DNA of 64,000 nt from Patescibacteria group bacterium (GCA_042569365.1 JBHPHK010000002.1:10494-74493), one strand, 5' to 3'. Positions 47,701 to 56,942 are shown, numbered from the stretch's first letter. A program made the numbers and translations. Notes: a model not told the origin generated them from the letters alone.

Positions 47701-49409
47701 TTAACAACGCAGATGTAAAAGTTTTACCTCATTCTGTTGAGCCTGAGATAAAATTTGGAAAAGAGCCGGTTGCAGCCGCTATTAGGCCGGGAGAAGATGT
47801 TGAATGGTATGTTGGTCTCTGGGACACTAACGGAACATTATGGATGCAGGACAGTAGAATGTGGATTAGAATTCCAGAGGACGTTGAATTTAAGGATATA
47901 ATACCGTGTAGACAAGGTGCATGTTATATTGCCGGTGAAGCAATTGAACAACGCTATTTCTATTCCAGTGCAGCTGACCGTCCAGATTTTGTCAAGCCAC
48001 CTGATGCTCATGATTATGTTGGAGGCAATGATATGTCTTGGACTGAAACTCCATCCAGTGACATAAAATGGGTAATGGTCTGGTCGCCTACAGTGCCTAA
48101 CACAGTTTTTGGGGGAGCTCAAGTTAAGTTAACAACAACAATTAGAAATAGCGCACCCGCTGGTGCTGAGATAACACTTAGCGCGTGGGGTGATTGTGAT
48201 GATGGTGTCTTCTATCCTCATGGTAATCCAGATCCCAATCCACAAGAAGATCCCGTGATCTATCCGGCAAATGCTAAAGTTTTCAAAGAAGATTTTTGTC
48301 CAGACGACCCGGTAGAAAACTCATACAGCATAACTACGGAAAGCGATATTGCAGTAAGTATTACTAAAGTCGGACCCCCACAGATGTCGATAGGTAGTGA
48401 GGTGCCGTTCGGGATAAGTATTGAAAACACGGGTAACGATACAGTTAATAATGCTTATGTAATTGATCGTGTTCCAAGAATATCTGAGTTAACAGGGTTA
48501 CCTACTGATGAAACTTCCTTTGTGAGTGCATCAGATCCTGACGATACCGAGCCTGTGACTGTTTATTATTCCACGTATGAAGATGATGATAATAATTTAG
48601 CTAACGGTTATCAGCGGCCAGAATTTGACATAGGCAACATCGATACAAGTATGTGGTCTAAGACGTCGCCCGCAAATCCTGCTGATGTTCGACATGTACT
48701 ATGGTGGATCGGAGATTTTGCATCTCTCGAATCTTATAATTTAGAATTTGTAGTGCAGCCAGATGAAGACTCTGCCTTTGTGGTCAATAATGCTACTCTT
48801 GTTTCTGATCAAGAAACTATAACAGCTCAGTCAAATACAGTAACTATTTCTAATAACCCTATCGCTACAGTGACTAAGGTGCAGCGTAATCGGCCGCCAT
48901 ATGATGTAGATGCTCAAACAGAGATACCTGCCGGAGTAGAATTTGCATATGATTTAAGGATCACAAATAATAATGAAAATGAGCCTCTGGTTTCAGTAAC
49001 GCTGGTAGATCAATTACCGGTTGGTATTCAGGTAATACCTGAGTATCTAGATGATGAGTGCACAGTAGAACAAGGTCACGATGACATTGGTGATATTATC
49101 ACTTGCAAAATTGCCGAGTCAATATATGGTCAGTATTCTATATCATTAAGCGTTATTGCTGATCCATCATTAATTGACGAAACAGTATGGGATACTGTTA
49201 CGATCTATGACCTATTTGGTTTTCAGTTGTTTACTGAAACATGTCCGACTACAGTATTAGATTTGAATCTGCCGGTACCGCCAGACAATGGTTGTGCCGA
49301 GGGAGCAGGAGAGTGTCTCATCTTAGATCCGCGCATCTACTTCATGGCTCCTCCCGGCTTTACCGCGGGAGTTAATCCAACTTGGCGGGAAGTCAGATCA
49401 CAATTTTAG
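44745..49409 (+). CDS. Giant (1554 aa) surface protein with DUF11-type repeat domains
   Basis: N-terminal TM VGLFVLVIAVASGIAF. DUF11-like ITKVGPPQMSIGSEVPFGISIENTGNDTVNNAYVIDRVP and a second copy (LRITNNNENEPLVSVTLVDQLP). Confidence 0.6.
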   Translation: MTQTRFKKLQSLSHKPVFKVGLFVLVIAVASGIAFTQYFDTTTAATSTDPEQGIWTDSFTDDDGLESTSDADEGLVQIQNLKINSALDRVELFSAGSQGSAIAKIPPIAVQNWEDFSVSGGGDLVRFYVLYENASGDWVRVNKSLLPDDTVKFGNNDTGYKFTGGNLNVDISALSVVDYPALRMQVVFPAGSSTDYLDEWTLNWLPKPGATIDVLMPATTYGDSMMRIKIQIYNSGPTLENTILKVNNLPIASCPDASGVSISASNDLVALCQSPLRDADYDGVEPHLYRGPNDFGNSKGDFQDLNIARTPLPPLDGTDYPRMYNSYGQAMDFFKNRYDATYLSSTNDGIFNGKTTYDPRDDEIIWNLGDISGGTTEVIYSIYVSKGFVDAGLLTQLENDVELWATVGGSSQLISTNSEDVSSKVQSFGNRILIAPASQNMEGNVGEKAWLTFGIYNSQSGTGSESAPYLQPGYSDLYGVTFKVTLPDELVYVPDDSLNSSFSYKVIDKYTGIELGDPDYYNGWMHYHPPETFAPCSFGIGTGSYPCSYSSSNAKFIAVGSDVRAHSFERADGPEFVQNGQELSWYIPRFAPGLFQFSIKVELTAPLAEGTKLYCGADTAQLDVVYPDIGNIDDLGIYEQFDEACTITQAPLINKPVLSYNGGIATIVEDDGRIHSNHTSVKIYNRNDEFVGPFKQTKLFMRLSRNNFQTTGLVSDYINNPHPQLTSDVLSNPVLAHTRINITDQINERLHDWTCPYGAGNCGAINESDHPNGDWESGALYSQRYYPGSGFYHYLGYYHDWASDNIDWPDDYKSMLEADGSNWDMLEESPFLVDGSEDFTVYVSDSTCEPGDLDADCPGINTIDPAVRNIYKTPYPVFSQNGEYFDVDSGTPVDDSWCKWDIIKNNTTSTNTPCGYRPQDIAWIVYIDDAELPISGDRTYRASIEIDDGTSENSEVGKTIGRLMRVEATSVKGIEETRWWGAMDFINNADVKVLPHSVEPEIKFGKEPVAAAIRPGEDVEWYVGLWDTNGTLWMQDSRMWIRIPEDVEFKDIIPCRQGACYIAGEAIEQRYFYSSAADRPDFVKPPDAHDYVGGNDMSWTETPSSDIKWVMVWSPTVPNTVFGGAQVKLTTTIRNSAPAGAEITLSAWGDCDDGVFYPHGNPDPNPQEDPVIYPANAKVFKEDFCPDDPVENSYSITTESDIAVSITKVGPPQMSIGSEVPFGISIENTGNDTVNNAYVIDRVPRISELTGLPTDETSFVSASDPDDTEPVTVYYSTYEDDDNNLANGYQRPEFDIGNIDTSMWSKTSPANPADVRHVLWWIGDFASLESYNLEFVVQPDEDSAFVVNNATLVSDQETITAQSNTVTISNNPIATVTKVQRNRPPYDVDAQTEIPAGVEFAYDLRITNNNENEPLVSVTLVDQLPVGIQVIPEYLDDECTVEQGHDDIGDIITCKIAESIYGQYSISLSVIADPSLIDETVWDTVTIYDLFGFQLFTETCPTTVLDLNLPVPPDNGCAEGAGECLILDPRIYFMAPPGFTAGVNPTWREVRSQF

Positions 49410-49415
49410 ACAAAC

Positions 49416-49445
49416 AAAAACCGATCCTTAAGTGATCGGTTTTTA
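49416..49445. terminator. Bidirectional intrinsic terminator
   Basis: AAAAACCGATC-N7-GATCGGTTTTT: a 10-bp perfect stem flanked by an A-run and a T-run, between convergent genes. Confidence 0.6.
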
Positions 49446-49451
49446 TTATTA

Positions 49452-50099
49452 TTAAAATTCCTCCGTTTGTTGAATGTCTTGGAAATTTGGAGCATTAGCA
49501 AGCTCGAACCTTCCAAATGAAAATTCTGTTTTAATTAACAGCGCATTGTATTCCGGATTAAAATATAAAACAATATTAAGAACGGCATCGAAATTTTCAA
49601 TCTCAGCGTTGATTACTGCGTAATTTTTGTCGAAAAATTTAACTTCATCGACAATTTTCCACCCAATTTTATCTACTTGGTCTCTAAGTTGATTAAAAAT
49701 TATGTCTATATCTTTGTCAGTTTTTTGAATAAAATAATGAGCATTTCCTATTTCTACTTCATTAACTATTGGCAAGGCAAGAGAAGCGGATATGCGTATG
49801 ATCGACTCGTTAATCAAAAATGGGATATATGAATCTAACGCAAAATAATTTTCGCTCCAGAATAAATCTTCGCCCTCAAAATAAGCGACCTTAACCACAT
49901 CTTGTGGCTGATATATAGCGTTATTCTCATTTTCATAAGCTTTGATCAATTCATCTTGGGGTGTCACAGAAGTTCTGTCTTTAAAGATGACGAGAAATAT
50001 AATAACAGCGATAACGACGACCGCAGCTATAACTAAAGTCCAAAGTCGCCAATTCAGAGGTTGACGGCGCGTGATCAGGGGAGTTTTTTGGTTATTCAT
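49452..50099 (-). CDS. Membrane-anchored hypothetical protein
   Basis: N-terminal TM LWTLVIAAVVVIAVIIFLVIF, then a ~180-aa exported domain. Confidence 0.4.
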   Translation of the reverse strand: MNNQKTPLITRRQPLNWRLWTLVIAAVVVIAVIIFLVIFKDRTSVTPQDELIKAYENENNAIYQPQDVVKVAYFEGEDLFWSENYFALDSYIPFLINESIIRISASLALPIVNEVEIGNAHYFIQKTDKDIDIIFNQLRDQVDKIGWKIVDEVKFFDKNYAVINAEIENFDAVLNIVLYFNPEYNALLIKTEFSFGRFELANAPNFQDIQQTEEF

Positions 50100-50310
50100 A
50101 AAAATTAAGGTTTCTAACTAAAAGATTAACATAATTTAACTGTTTTTTAGTTGTGCATAGAAAATTGGCTTAAAAATGTAATAAAAACACCAAAAACTAT
50201 TGACAAATATATAACAATATTGTCTAATAATCCAATTTTAGGAAACTATAATAAAGTTGATTAGTGTGGATAAGAACGTTGTTTTGCAGGCTTGTTCGTG
50301 GCATAATTAA

Positions 50311-50351
50311 CGCAAGAAATCTAAAGCAATTAAGAGGCTATCGATTTCTTG
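50311..50351 (+). promoter_or_regulatory. 10-bp perfect inverted repeat in the pilM leader
   Basis: GCAAGAAATC-N21-GATTTCTTGC. Not followed by a U-run, so not a terminator. Lies ~80 nt upstream of the pilM ATG. Confidence 0.3.
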
Positions 50352-50428
50352 CATTACTTCCCAAAATTTTTCCGAGAAGATATCTTCTCGTGTTGCTGTT
50401 AAGGCAAATTAAGCAAGAACTCACCAAC

Positions 50429-51481
50429 ATGGGACTATTTGGATCCAAACCAAGCATTCTCGGAGTCGATATTGGGACTGCGAGCGTTAAAGCTGTACTT
50501 TTGCGTAAGCAGGACGGTACTTTTCAATTGGGAGCACTGGGCGAAAATGTTTTGCGAACGAACTATTTGCACGGCAGAGGTGAACAATTTATCTCTGAAA
50601 CAGTAAATAGTCTGACGCAATTATTCGCGCAGATGCGACTAAAGTCCAAAGATTTGCGGCATATTGTCGTGGGGATTCCGGGGAACCTGGCATTCTCGAC
50701 TGTAATTTCTGTGCCGGATGGTTCTTGGCAGCAGCTCAATCAGGCAGTATTTTCTGTCGCGGAAAAATATATTCCGGCAGATATCGATACAGTCAGTCTG
50801 AGTTGGGCGCCTCTCCAGACTATCACCGGTCCAAATGGACAAGCACAGCGCGAGATTTATCTCGTTGCCTTCTCGCAAGAAGTCCTCGCGATCTATCAGC
50901 AGATCATTTCGCAAGTGGGTAACAAAGCTCCACTTTTCGAGCTCAATGCTTTCGCGCAAGCGCGAGCAACGATCGGGTCGGACCAGGTCAACACGCTTCT
51001 GGTAGATATCGGCTCGGACGTGAGCGAGATCTCGATTATCGAGCAAGGAATCGTTCGCCTTAACCGAATTGTAAATACGGGAAGCCGGATGATCACTGAA
51101 CGGCTGATGGACAAGCTTAGTATGGAAGCCAGCGAAGCTGAAAAGCAGAAACGCGAAATGGGGCTTGACCGCGCCAATCTACTCGAGACCGTGCCGAGCA
51201 TAGTTCAGACCGAAGTCGACAAGATTGCACTCGAGATTGACCGCATCCGGAAGCGTTATATCCAAACCACGCAAAAAAACATCGAAAGACTGATCGTTTT
51301 AGGCGGGGGAGGACATATCCGCGACCTGGATTACTACCTCGGACGAAAGTTGAACCTAGCATCATTTGCGGCTACGCCGTGGCAGCGCGTCAGTTATGAC
51401 AAGCGCCGGCAAAAAGCCTTGCTTGCCAAGGGTTCAGACTACGCCACCGCTATCGGACTTGCAATGTACCCAATCAGCTAA
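50429..51481 (+). CDS. pilM: Type IV pilus assembly protein PilM (actin-like ATPase fold)
   Basis: SILGVDIGTASVKAVLL and later ...GGGG... ASKHA-type motifs. Start re-set to the ATG at 50429. Confidence 0.8.
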   Translation: MGLFGSKPSILGVDIGTASVKAVLLRKQDGTFQLGALGENVLRTNYLHGRGEQFISETVNSLTQLFAQMRLKSKDLRHIVVGIPGNLAFSTVISVPDGSWQQLNQAVFSVAEKYIPADIDTVSLSWAPLQTITGPNGQAQREIYLVAFSQEVLAIYQQIISQVGNKAPLFELNAFAQARATIGSDQVNTLLVDIGSDVSEISIIEQGIVRLNRIVNTGSRMITERLMDKLSMEASEAEKQKREMGLDRANLLETVPSIVQTEVDKIALEIDRIRKRYIQTTQKNIERLIVLGGGGHIRDLDYYLGRKLNLASFAATPWQRVSYDKRRQKALLAKGSDYATAIGLAMYPIS

Positions 51482-51527
51482 TTTAAATACTACTTTCTAA
51501 TTTCATTCTTCATTAATCACTAAATCA

Positions 51528-52226
51528 GTGCCTAACGGAACACCTCCAATACAACCAACTCAACCGAAACCTGTTGCTCCTGTTCAACCAGGGGCTCCGC
51601 GTCCAGTCGGTCCTCTCGCAGGACCGCGTCCTGGAATGCCGCCAGCAGGTGCTCTCACACGCAAGCCGCCTGTGAAAGTTAAGAAGCCAGCCACAGCACG
51701 CTGGCGCGCTACCACGAATTTGATTTCGGTAGTGTTAATTATTCTTGCGATTCTAGCATACGGCCTGATGTTCTTCCTGAATAGTTCCCGTGAACGCACT
51801 ATCACCAATTTGAACAACCAAATTGACGAGGTTGTATCTGATCTGGCAAAGATTGAGAGCCAGCGCTTAGCGGCCGAGACTCTCGCAGCTCAGCTCGATA
51901 ACGAAGAGGCTTTGCTCAACCGGCACGTTGCCTGGAGCGAACTTCTCAAGAAGTTATCCGATAATACGCCGCGTAAAGTCAACTTCACAGAGTTTGCGGC
52001 AGATCTTGATGGCTACGTAACAGTCTCTGGATTTGCGCAGACCATGAGCGAGCTTGCGAAATTAACACAGTCGCTAGAGGATTCGCCAGAGTTCAACGAC
52101 GTTAACGTGAGCGGAGTCGAGCTCACAGCTGTAAAGCGTCCTAACGGCGGCACCGTTGCGGTCTTCTCCTTCCGAGCCAGCTTCTTGTTTGAGCCGGAAG
52201 TCTTGAGACCTTCTTCATCTATCTAA
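51528..52226 (+). CDS. pilN: PilN-like bitopic pilus assembly protein with a Pro-rich cytoplasmic tail
   Basis: GTG start. MPNGTPPIQPTQPKP..., TM LISVVLIILAILAYGLMFF, and a periplasmic coiled coil. Confidence 0.55.
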   Translation: MPNGTPPIQPTQPKPVAPVQPGAPRPVGPLAGPRPGMPPAGALTRKPPVKVKKPATARWRATTNLISVVLIILAILAYGLMFFLNSSRERTITNLNNQIDEVVSDLAKIESQRLAAETLAAQLDNEEALLNRHVAWSELLKKLSDNTPRKVNFTEFAADLDGYVTVSGFAQTMSELAKLTQSLEDSPEFNDVNVSGVELTAVKRPNGGTVAVFSFRASFLFEPEVLRPSSSI

Positions 52227-52243
52227 GCTAATACATAATTACA

Positions 52244-52837
52244 ATGGCTGACCTAAAACCCAACCCAGAACCAAAAGTTAAGAAGGGATTAAACCCACTC
52301 TATCTTTTGCTCTTAGCCCTGATCGTCGCGATCGGTGGTTATTTCCTTTTCATTCAACCAGAGATTGACAACTACTCAGTAAATGGTGATCAGATCACTT
52401 CTCTCAAGGCAGAGCTTCAGGTGCAACAGGACAAAAAAGATCGCGCCAACCGCTTAATCGCGGAGTATGAAAGCCTTCCAGAGTCCGATCCAGACCTTCA
52501 ACGTATTTCCCGCGCATTGCCGCTCGGAAAAAACTTCGAAGAATTGTTGGTAACACTTGAAGGGATTGCATACGGAACAGGTCTTGACCTGAACTTGTCG
52601 TCAGTGCGCTTCCAAGACAATACCGAGACCAATCGTGCGCTCCAAGAAATCACATTCACACTGGACCTGGTCGGAAACTCCAGCAATCTTGCTCCTTTCT
52701 TAGAGCAGATTGAAAAGAATGTTCGTCTCATGGATGTGCAGTCTGTCCGCGTTTCAGGCGGAGATGATGCAGCGGCTCAAAGGATCCTGCTCACCGCTCA
52801 GACTTACTATCTGAAGTCAGACGCCCTGCTTCAGTAA
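52244..52837 (+). CDS. pilO: PilO-like bitopic pilus assembly protein
   Basis: Short N-tail, TM LYLLLLALIVAIGGYFLF, coiled coil and a ferredoxin-like C-terminus. Confidence 0.55.
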   Translation: MADLKPNPEPKVKKGLNPLYLLLLALIVAIGGYFLFIQPEIDNYSVNGDQITSLKAELQVQQDKKDRANRLIAEYESLPESDPDLQRISRALPLGKNFEELLVTLEGIAYGTGLDLNLSSVRFQDNTETNRALQEITFTLDLVGNSSNLAPFLEQIEKNVRLMDVQSVRVSGGDDAAAQRILLTAQTYYLKSDALLQ

Positions 52838-52861
52838 GCTAATTAACTAACTACTTTGAAA

Positions 52862-53494
52862 ATGCCAAACGGCACACCACAACAACCAATCTCACCAACC
52901 GGAAAGCCATTTACGCCTCCGCAGCCAATGCGACCAGGCGTACCTAACGCTGCACCGGTGGCTCCTGCGCCAATGCCAGGTAAACCATTCATTAGGCCAG
53001 CTGCTGCGCGTCCGCAAATGCGTCCACCAAAGCCAATGAGACCAGGCAAGGTTCCAAAGGGCCCGAAAGCTCCTAAAAAAGGACGCGGCGGCTTGATCAC
53101 CCTGATTATTATTTTGATCATTGTAGTTCTAGGAGGCGGCGGATTTGCAGCCTGGTACTATGACTTGATTCCAGGTTTTTCCAGGACTCCAGACTCGGCA
53201 ACAGAAGTTTCTGCACCAAGCCTTACTGATGAGACCACCACAACTGCGGATACAGATATTGAAACTCCGGCAATTGAAGAAGAGGTAACAACTGATGAAG
53301 AAACGACAACTACAGACGAGGATGTTACAACTATTGAAACACCAGTTGTCACAGCGCCGCTCTCATCCGACCTCTATAACTTTGGAGTTTTGAGCAGTGA
53401 AGAATATCGCAGGTTGCGCACATTTGGTGCATATCCTTTGACGATTTCTCCAGACGATCTTGGTCAAGATAATCTCTTCAAGCCTTTCTTCTAA
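52862..53494 (+). CDS. Pilus-operon bitopic protein whose Pro-rich cytoplasmic N-tail is paralogous to that of PilN
   Basis: Starts MPNGTPQQPISPTGKP (an in-frame TTG lies at 52856). TM LITLIIILIIVVLGGGGFAAW, a Thr/Glu-rich linker, and a conserved C-terminal YNFGVLSSEEYRRLRTFG. Confidence 0.4.
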   Translation: MPNGTPQQPISPTGKPFTPPQPMRPGVPNAAPVAPAPMPGKPFIRPAAARPQMRPPKPMRPGKVPKGPKAPKKGRGGLITLIIILIIVVLGGGGFAAWYYDLIPGFSRTPDSATEVSAPSLTDETTTTADTDIETPAIEEEVTTDEETTTTDEDVTTIETPVVTAPLSSDLYNFGVLSSEEYRRLRTFGAYPLTISPDDLGQDNLFKPFF

Positions 53495-53502
53495 AATAAA
53501 CT

Positions 53503-55380
53503 ATGGCGGACCAATTTTTCTCGGAAGATACAGCACGTATGCCGGCAGCAGATCAAGCAGCTGTAGCGGCTGCTTCTGTTCCTCAAGAACCGGCTGTTGT
53601 ACCACAGTCGGTAACTGCTGTTTCTGAGACGGTTCGAAGTCAGGGAGATACTACCAGCGATCTTCTCCAAAATCTAGTTTCAAACGGATTGCTAACGCAA
53701 GATCAACAAGCTGAATTGGTCAGTGCCTCTCAAACAGAGGGTTTGCCAGTTGAGCAGATTATTCGCGATCGTAAATTAGTAGATGAAGAGGGTTTGGTTC
53801 AGGCAAGAGCAAAAGTATTGGGACTGCCATATATCAATCTTTCAACGCTTAATATTCAGAAAGATATCCTGAATGAGTTGCCGAAAGATGTTGCACAGAA
53901 TTATCAGATACTTGTCTTTGAGAAAGCGGGGGAAATATTGCGCATTGGCGTTGTAAATCCTGAGGACTTTAGAGCATTGGAGGCGATCGAATTTCTAGCC
54001 GAAAAAAATCAGCTCAAGACAGAGATCTATATGATCTCGCAGACAAGTTTTGCATCCGGTTTCCAACAATATGAAACATTGCAGCTAGAGGTTAAAGAGG
54101 CTTTGGGAGAGGCAGAAGATCGCATTGACTTGGATGAGCTGGCGAGTGGCATTGATGTGAAGGAGGTGCAGGAAGTTGTTACTGAAGCACCGATTAGCAA
54201 GACAGTTGCCGTCATCATAAAACATGCCGTCGAAGGTCGTGCTTCCGATATTCATATTGAACCATTAGAGAGTCAGATTCGTGTTCGTTATCGAGTGGAT
54301 GGCATCATGTACTCTACATTAGACTTACCGAAGCATATTTTGCCGGAGATTGTTTCGCGTATTAAAATTTTAGCTAACTTAAAGATTGACGAGAAGCGTT
54401 TGCCGCAGGATGGTCGTTTTCGTTCAACTGTCGGCCAAAAGAGGATTGACTTCCGTGTTTCTACATTCCCAACTGTGAACGGTGAAAAAGTCGTGTTGCG
54501 CGTCTTGGATCGCACGGCTGGTATTGCAACATTTGAAGACTTGGGATTGGTGGGTTCACGAAGAGTCGCGGTGAACGACGCGATCCATCGTCCTTATGGA
54601 ATGATGCTCATGACTGGTCCGACTGGCTCAGGTAAAACCACAACGCTTTATTCCGCGATCAGCGTGATTAATAAGATAGATGTTAATATCGTGACCTTGG
54701 AAGATCCGGTGGAGTATTATCTTGAAGGAATTGCCCAGGCCCAGATCAAGGAAGAGATCGGCCTGACATTTGCAAACGGCTTGCGTTCAATTTTACGCCA
54801 AGACCCGGACATTATCATGCTTGGAGAAATCCGTGACGGAGAAACTGCTCAGATTGCAGTCAACTCCGCTCTGACCGGACACCTGGTCTTAAGTACGCTT
54901 CACACAAACAGCGCCGCTGGAGCCCTGCCTCGTCTCGTAGACCTAGGAGTCGAGCCATTCTTGCTCGCATCTTCCGTGAATCTGATGGCAGCCCAGCGAC
55001 TAGTGCGCCGCATTTGCGACAGTTGTAAAAAACAATCCGTAGCTCCTGCTCCAAAGATCGCAGAATACATCAAAGAAGAGTACGCCAAGCTTCCAGACTC
55101 AGAAAAGCAGCAAGTGCCTTTGCCGGATCCAATCCGCATTATACAAGCAGAAAAATGCGGACGTTGCGGAGGTACAGGCTACCAAGGCCGCATCGCAATT
55201 TTTGAAACAATTCCCTTTACCGACACACTTAAAGAAACATTCCTGGACAAGCCTTCCACGGGCGTCATCGAAAGACAATCACGTACGGAAGGAAATATCT
55301 CCATGATCCAGGACGGAATTTTAAAAATTATCCAAGGATACACGACTGTCGAAGAAGTTATTCGTGTAACCAAAGCTTAA
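53503..55380 (+). CDS. pilB: Type IV pilus assembly ATPase PilB (GspE family)
   Basis: N-terminal GSPII_E_N-like domain, Walker A LMTGPTGSGKTTTLYSAI, Asp/His boxes, and the tetracysteine motif CDSC...CGRCGGTGY. Confidence 0.9.
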   Translation: MADQFFSEDTARMPAADQAAVAAASVPQEPAVVPQSVTAVSETVRSQGDTTSDLLQNLVSNGLLTQDQQAELVSASQTEGLPVEQIIRDRKLVDEEGLVQARAKVLGLPYINLSTLNIQKDILNELPKDVAQNYQILVFEKAGEILRIGVVNPEDFRALEAIEFLAEKNQLKTEIYMISQTSFASGFQQYETLQLEVKEALGEAEDRIDLDELASGIDVKEVQEVVTEAPISKTVAVIIKHAVEGRASDIHIEPLESQIRVRYRVDGIMYSTLDLPKHILPEIVSRIKILANLKIDEKRLPQDGRFRSTVGQKRIDFRVSTFPTVNGEKVVLRVLDRTAGIATFEDLGLVGSRRVAVNDAIHRPYGMMLMTGPTGSGKTTTLYSAISVINKIDVNIVTLEDPVEYYLEGIAQAQIKEEIGLTFANGLRSILRQDPDIIMLGEIRDGETAQIAVNSALTGHLVLSTLHTNSAAGALPRLVDLGVEPFLLASSVNLMAAQRLVRRICDSCKKQSVAPAPKIAEYIKEEYAKLPDSEKQQVPLPDPIRIIQAEKCGRCGGTGYQGRIAIFETIPFTDTLKETFLDKPSTGVIERQSRTEGNISMIQDGILKIIQGYTTVEEVIRVTKA

Positions 55381-55398
55381 CTAACTAATACTATCTAT

Positions 55399-55773
55399 AT
55401 GGCTAATAAACCAAAAATTCTCTTAATCGAAGATGACAGCTTCTTGTCCAGCATGTACGTCACTAAGCTGGAGATTTCCGGTTTTGATGTGGAAGCAGCC
55501 GAAGACGGAGAAACTGGCTTAGAAAAAGTTAAAAGCTACAGCCCAGACTTGGTACTTTTAGATATTATTCTGCCTAAAATGAGCGGATTTGAGGTACTGG
55601 AAAGCATTCGCAAAGATGATGCCTATAAAGACATCCCGGTCATCATGCTCACCAACTTGTCGCAGCGCGATGATGTCGAGCGCGGACTCGATCTAGGAGC
55701 ACAGGACTATCTCATCAAAGCACACTTCACACCGTCCGAGGTGGTTACAAAAATCAAGAAGTATCTTGGTTAG
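55399..55773 (+). CDS. Single-domain response-regulator receiver (CheY-like), embedded between pilB and pilC
   Basis: KILLIEDD...DLVLLDIILPKMSG...IMLTNL...YLIKA: a complete receiver-domain signature. Confidence 0.8.
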   Translation: MANKPKILLIEDDSFLSSMYVTKLEISGFDVEAAEDGETGLEKVKSYSPDLVLLDIILPKMSGFEVLESIRKDDAYKDIPVIMLTNLSQRDDVERGLDLGAQDYLIKAHFTPSEVVTKIKKYLG

Positions 55774-55799
55774 TTCTAACTAATTTATCGTAAGTACAT

Positions 55800-56897
55800 A
55801 TGGCCAATCCAGAAGAAACAACTAATCCTCTGAAAAAGGGTTTCAGAGGAATCTCTTTTCTAAACAAAATCAAGGTTCGTGATGTCGTTGTGATGACGCG
55901 CCAGTTTTCGGTGATGATTGACGCAGGCTTGCCGATCACACGCTCACTCGATGTTTTGATCAAGCAAACAGAGAACAAAAAACTTGCGATAGTCCTCGAA
56001 GAGGTTTCAGCAAAAGTTCAGGCGGGTTCTTCTTTGTCAAGTGCCTTCAAGCAATATCCGGAAGTCTTCTCTCAATTTTATGTATCTTTGATAGCTTCTG
56101 GTGAAACTGGAGGTAACTTAGCAGACTCCCTGCGTCAGCTTGCAGATCAGGTCGAGAAAAACCACGAGCTGACATCAAGTATCCGCAGCGCGTTGGTATA
56201 TCCGGCGTTTATTGTGTCAGTTATTGTCGTGGTGGGTATCGTCCTGCTGATCTATGTTGTGCCACAGCTCCAGTCGGTCTTCGAAGAATCTGGTGTGCAG
56301 TTGCCATTATTTACACGTATGTTGATCGGTGTCAGTAATTTCCTTGTCAGTTTTTGGTGGATTATCATTATCGTTATTGCAGCTATCTGGTACGGATTCT
56401 ATCGCTGGCTCAAGACTGTAAATGGTCGTGTTACATGGGATGGTTTCAAATTACGCATTCCGATTATCGGTAAGATCTTGCGTAAGATCTATGTCGCGCG
56501 TTTTACTCGCACCTTAGGAAGCTTGGTCGAGGGCCAGCTGCCGATTATCGAGTCGATTACAGTGGCTTCCGATGTCGTCAACAACGAAATTTATAAATCA
56601 ATCCTGATGCAGACGGCCGAGCGCGTGAAGGCGGGTGATACGATCATTGCTGCGTTAAGTGAGCATTCTGAGATCCAGCCTTTGGTCACGCAATTGATCG
56701 GAGTAGGTGAGGAGACTGGACAATTAGGCTTCGTACTTACGAAGGTTGCAGACTTTTTCAAGGAAGAGGTCGATCGTGCTGTGAAAAACCTAACCAACCT
56801 GCTCGAGCCGGCCATCATCGTTTTACTAGCAGTAGCGGTTGCAGGCGTAGTCTTGTCGATCATTCAGCCGATCTACAACCTGACCAGCGCGATTTAA
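55800..56897 (+). CDS. pilC: Type IV pilus platform protein PilC (GspF family)
   Basis: Two T2SSF-type repeats with 3-4 TM segments, and a C-terminal LLEPAIIVLLAVAVAGVVLSIIQPIY. Confidence 0.85.
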   Translation: MANPEETTNPLKKGFRGISFLNKIKVRDVVVMTRQFSVMIDAGLPITRSLDVLIKQTENKKLAIVLEEVSAKVQAGSSLSSAFKQYPEVFSQFYVSLIASGETGGNLADSLRQLADQVEKNHELTSSIRSALVYPAFIVSVIVVVGIVLLIYVVPQLQSVFEESGVQLPLFTRMLIGVSNFLVSFWWIIIIVIAAIWYGFYRWLKTVNGRVTWDGFKLRIPIIGKILRKIYVARFTRTLGSLVEGQLPIIESITVASDVVNNEIYKSILMQTAERVKAGDTIIAALSEHSEIQPLVTQLIGVGEETGQLGFVLTKVADFFKEEVDRAVKNLTNLLEPAIIVLLAVAVAGVVLSIIQPIYNLTSAI

Positions 56898-56942
56898 AAA
56901 CCTTAAGTAAATTATTAATCTATAACGAGGGGAGGTGAACCA

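Noticed and set aside
50264-50428. Track ORF extends pilM 55 codons upstream
   Set aside because: The PilM family starts close to the GxDIG motif, the extension is a Leu/Arg-rich low-complexity read-through of the leader, and the ATG at 50429 gives the canonical N-terminus.
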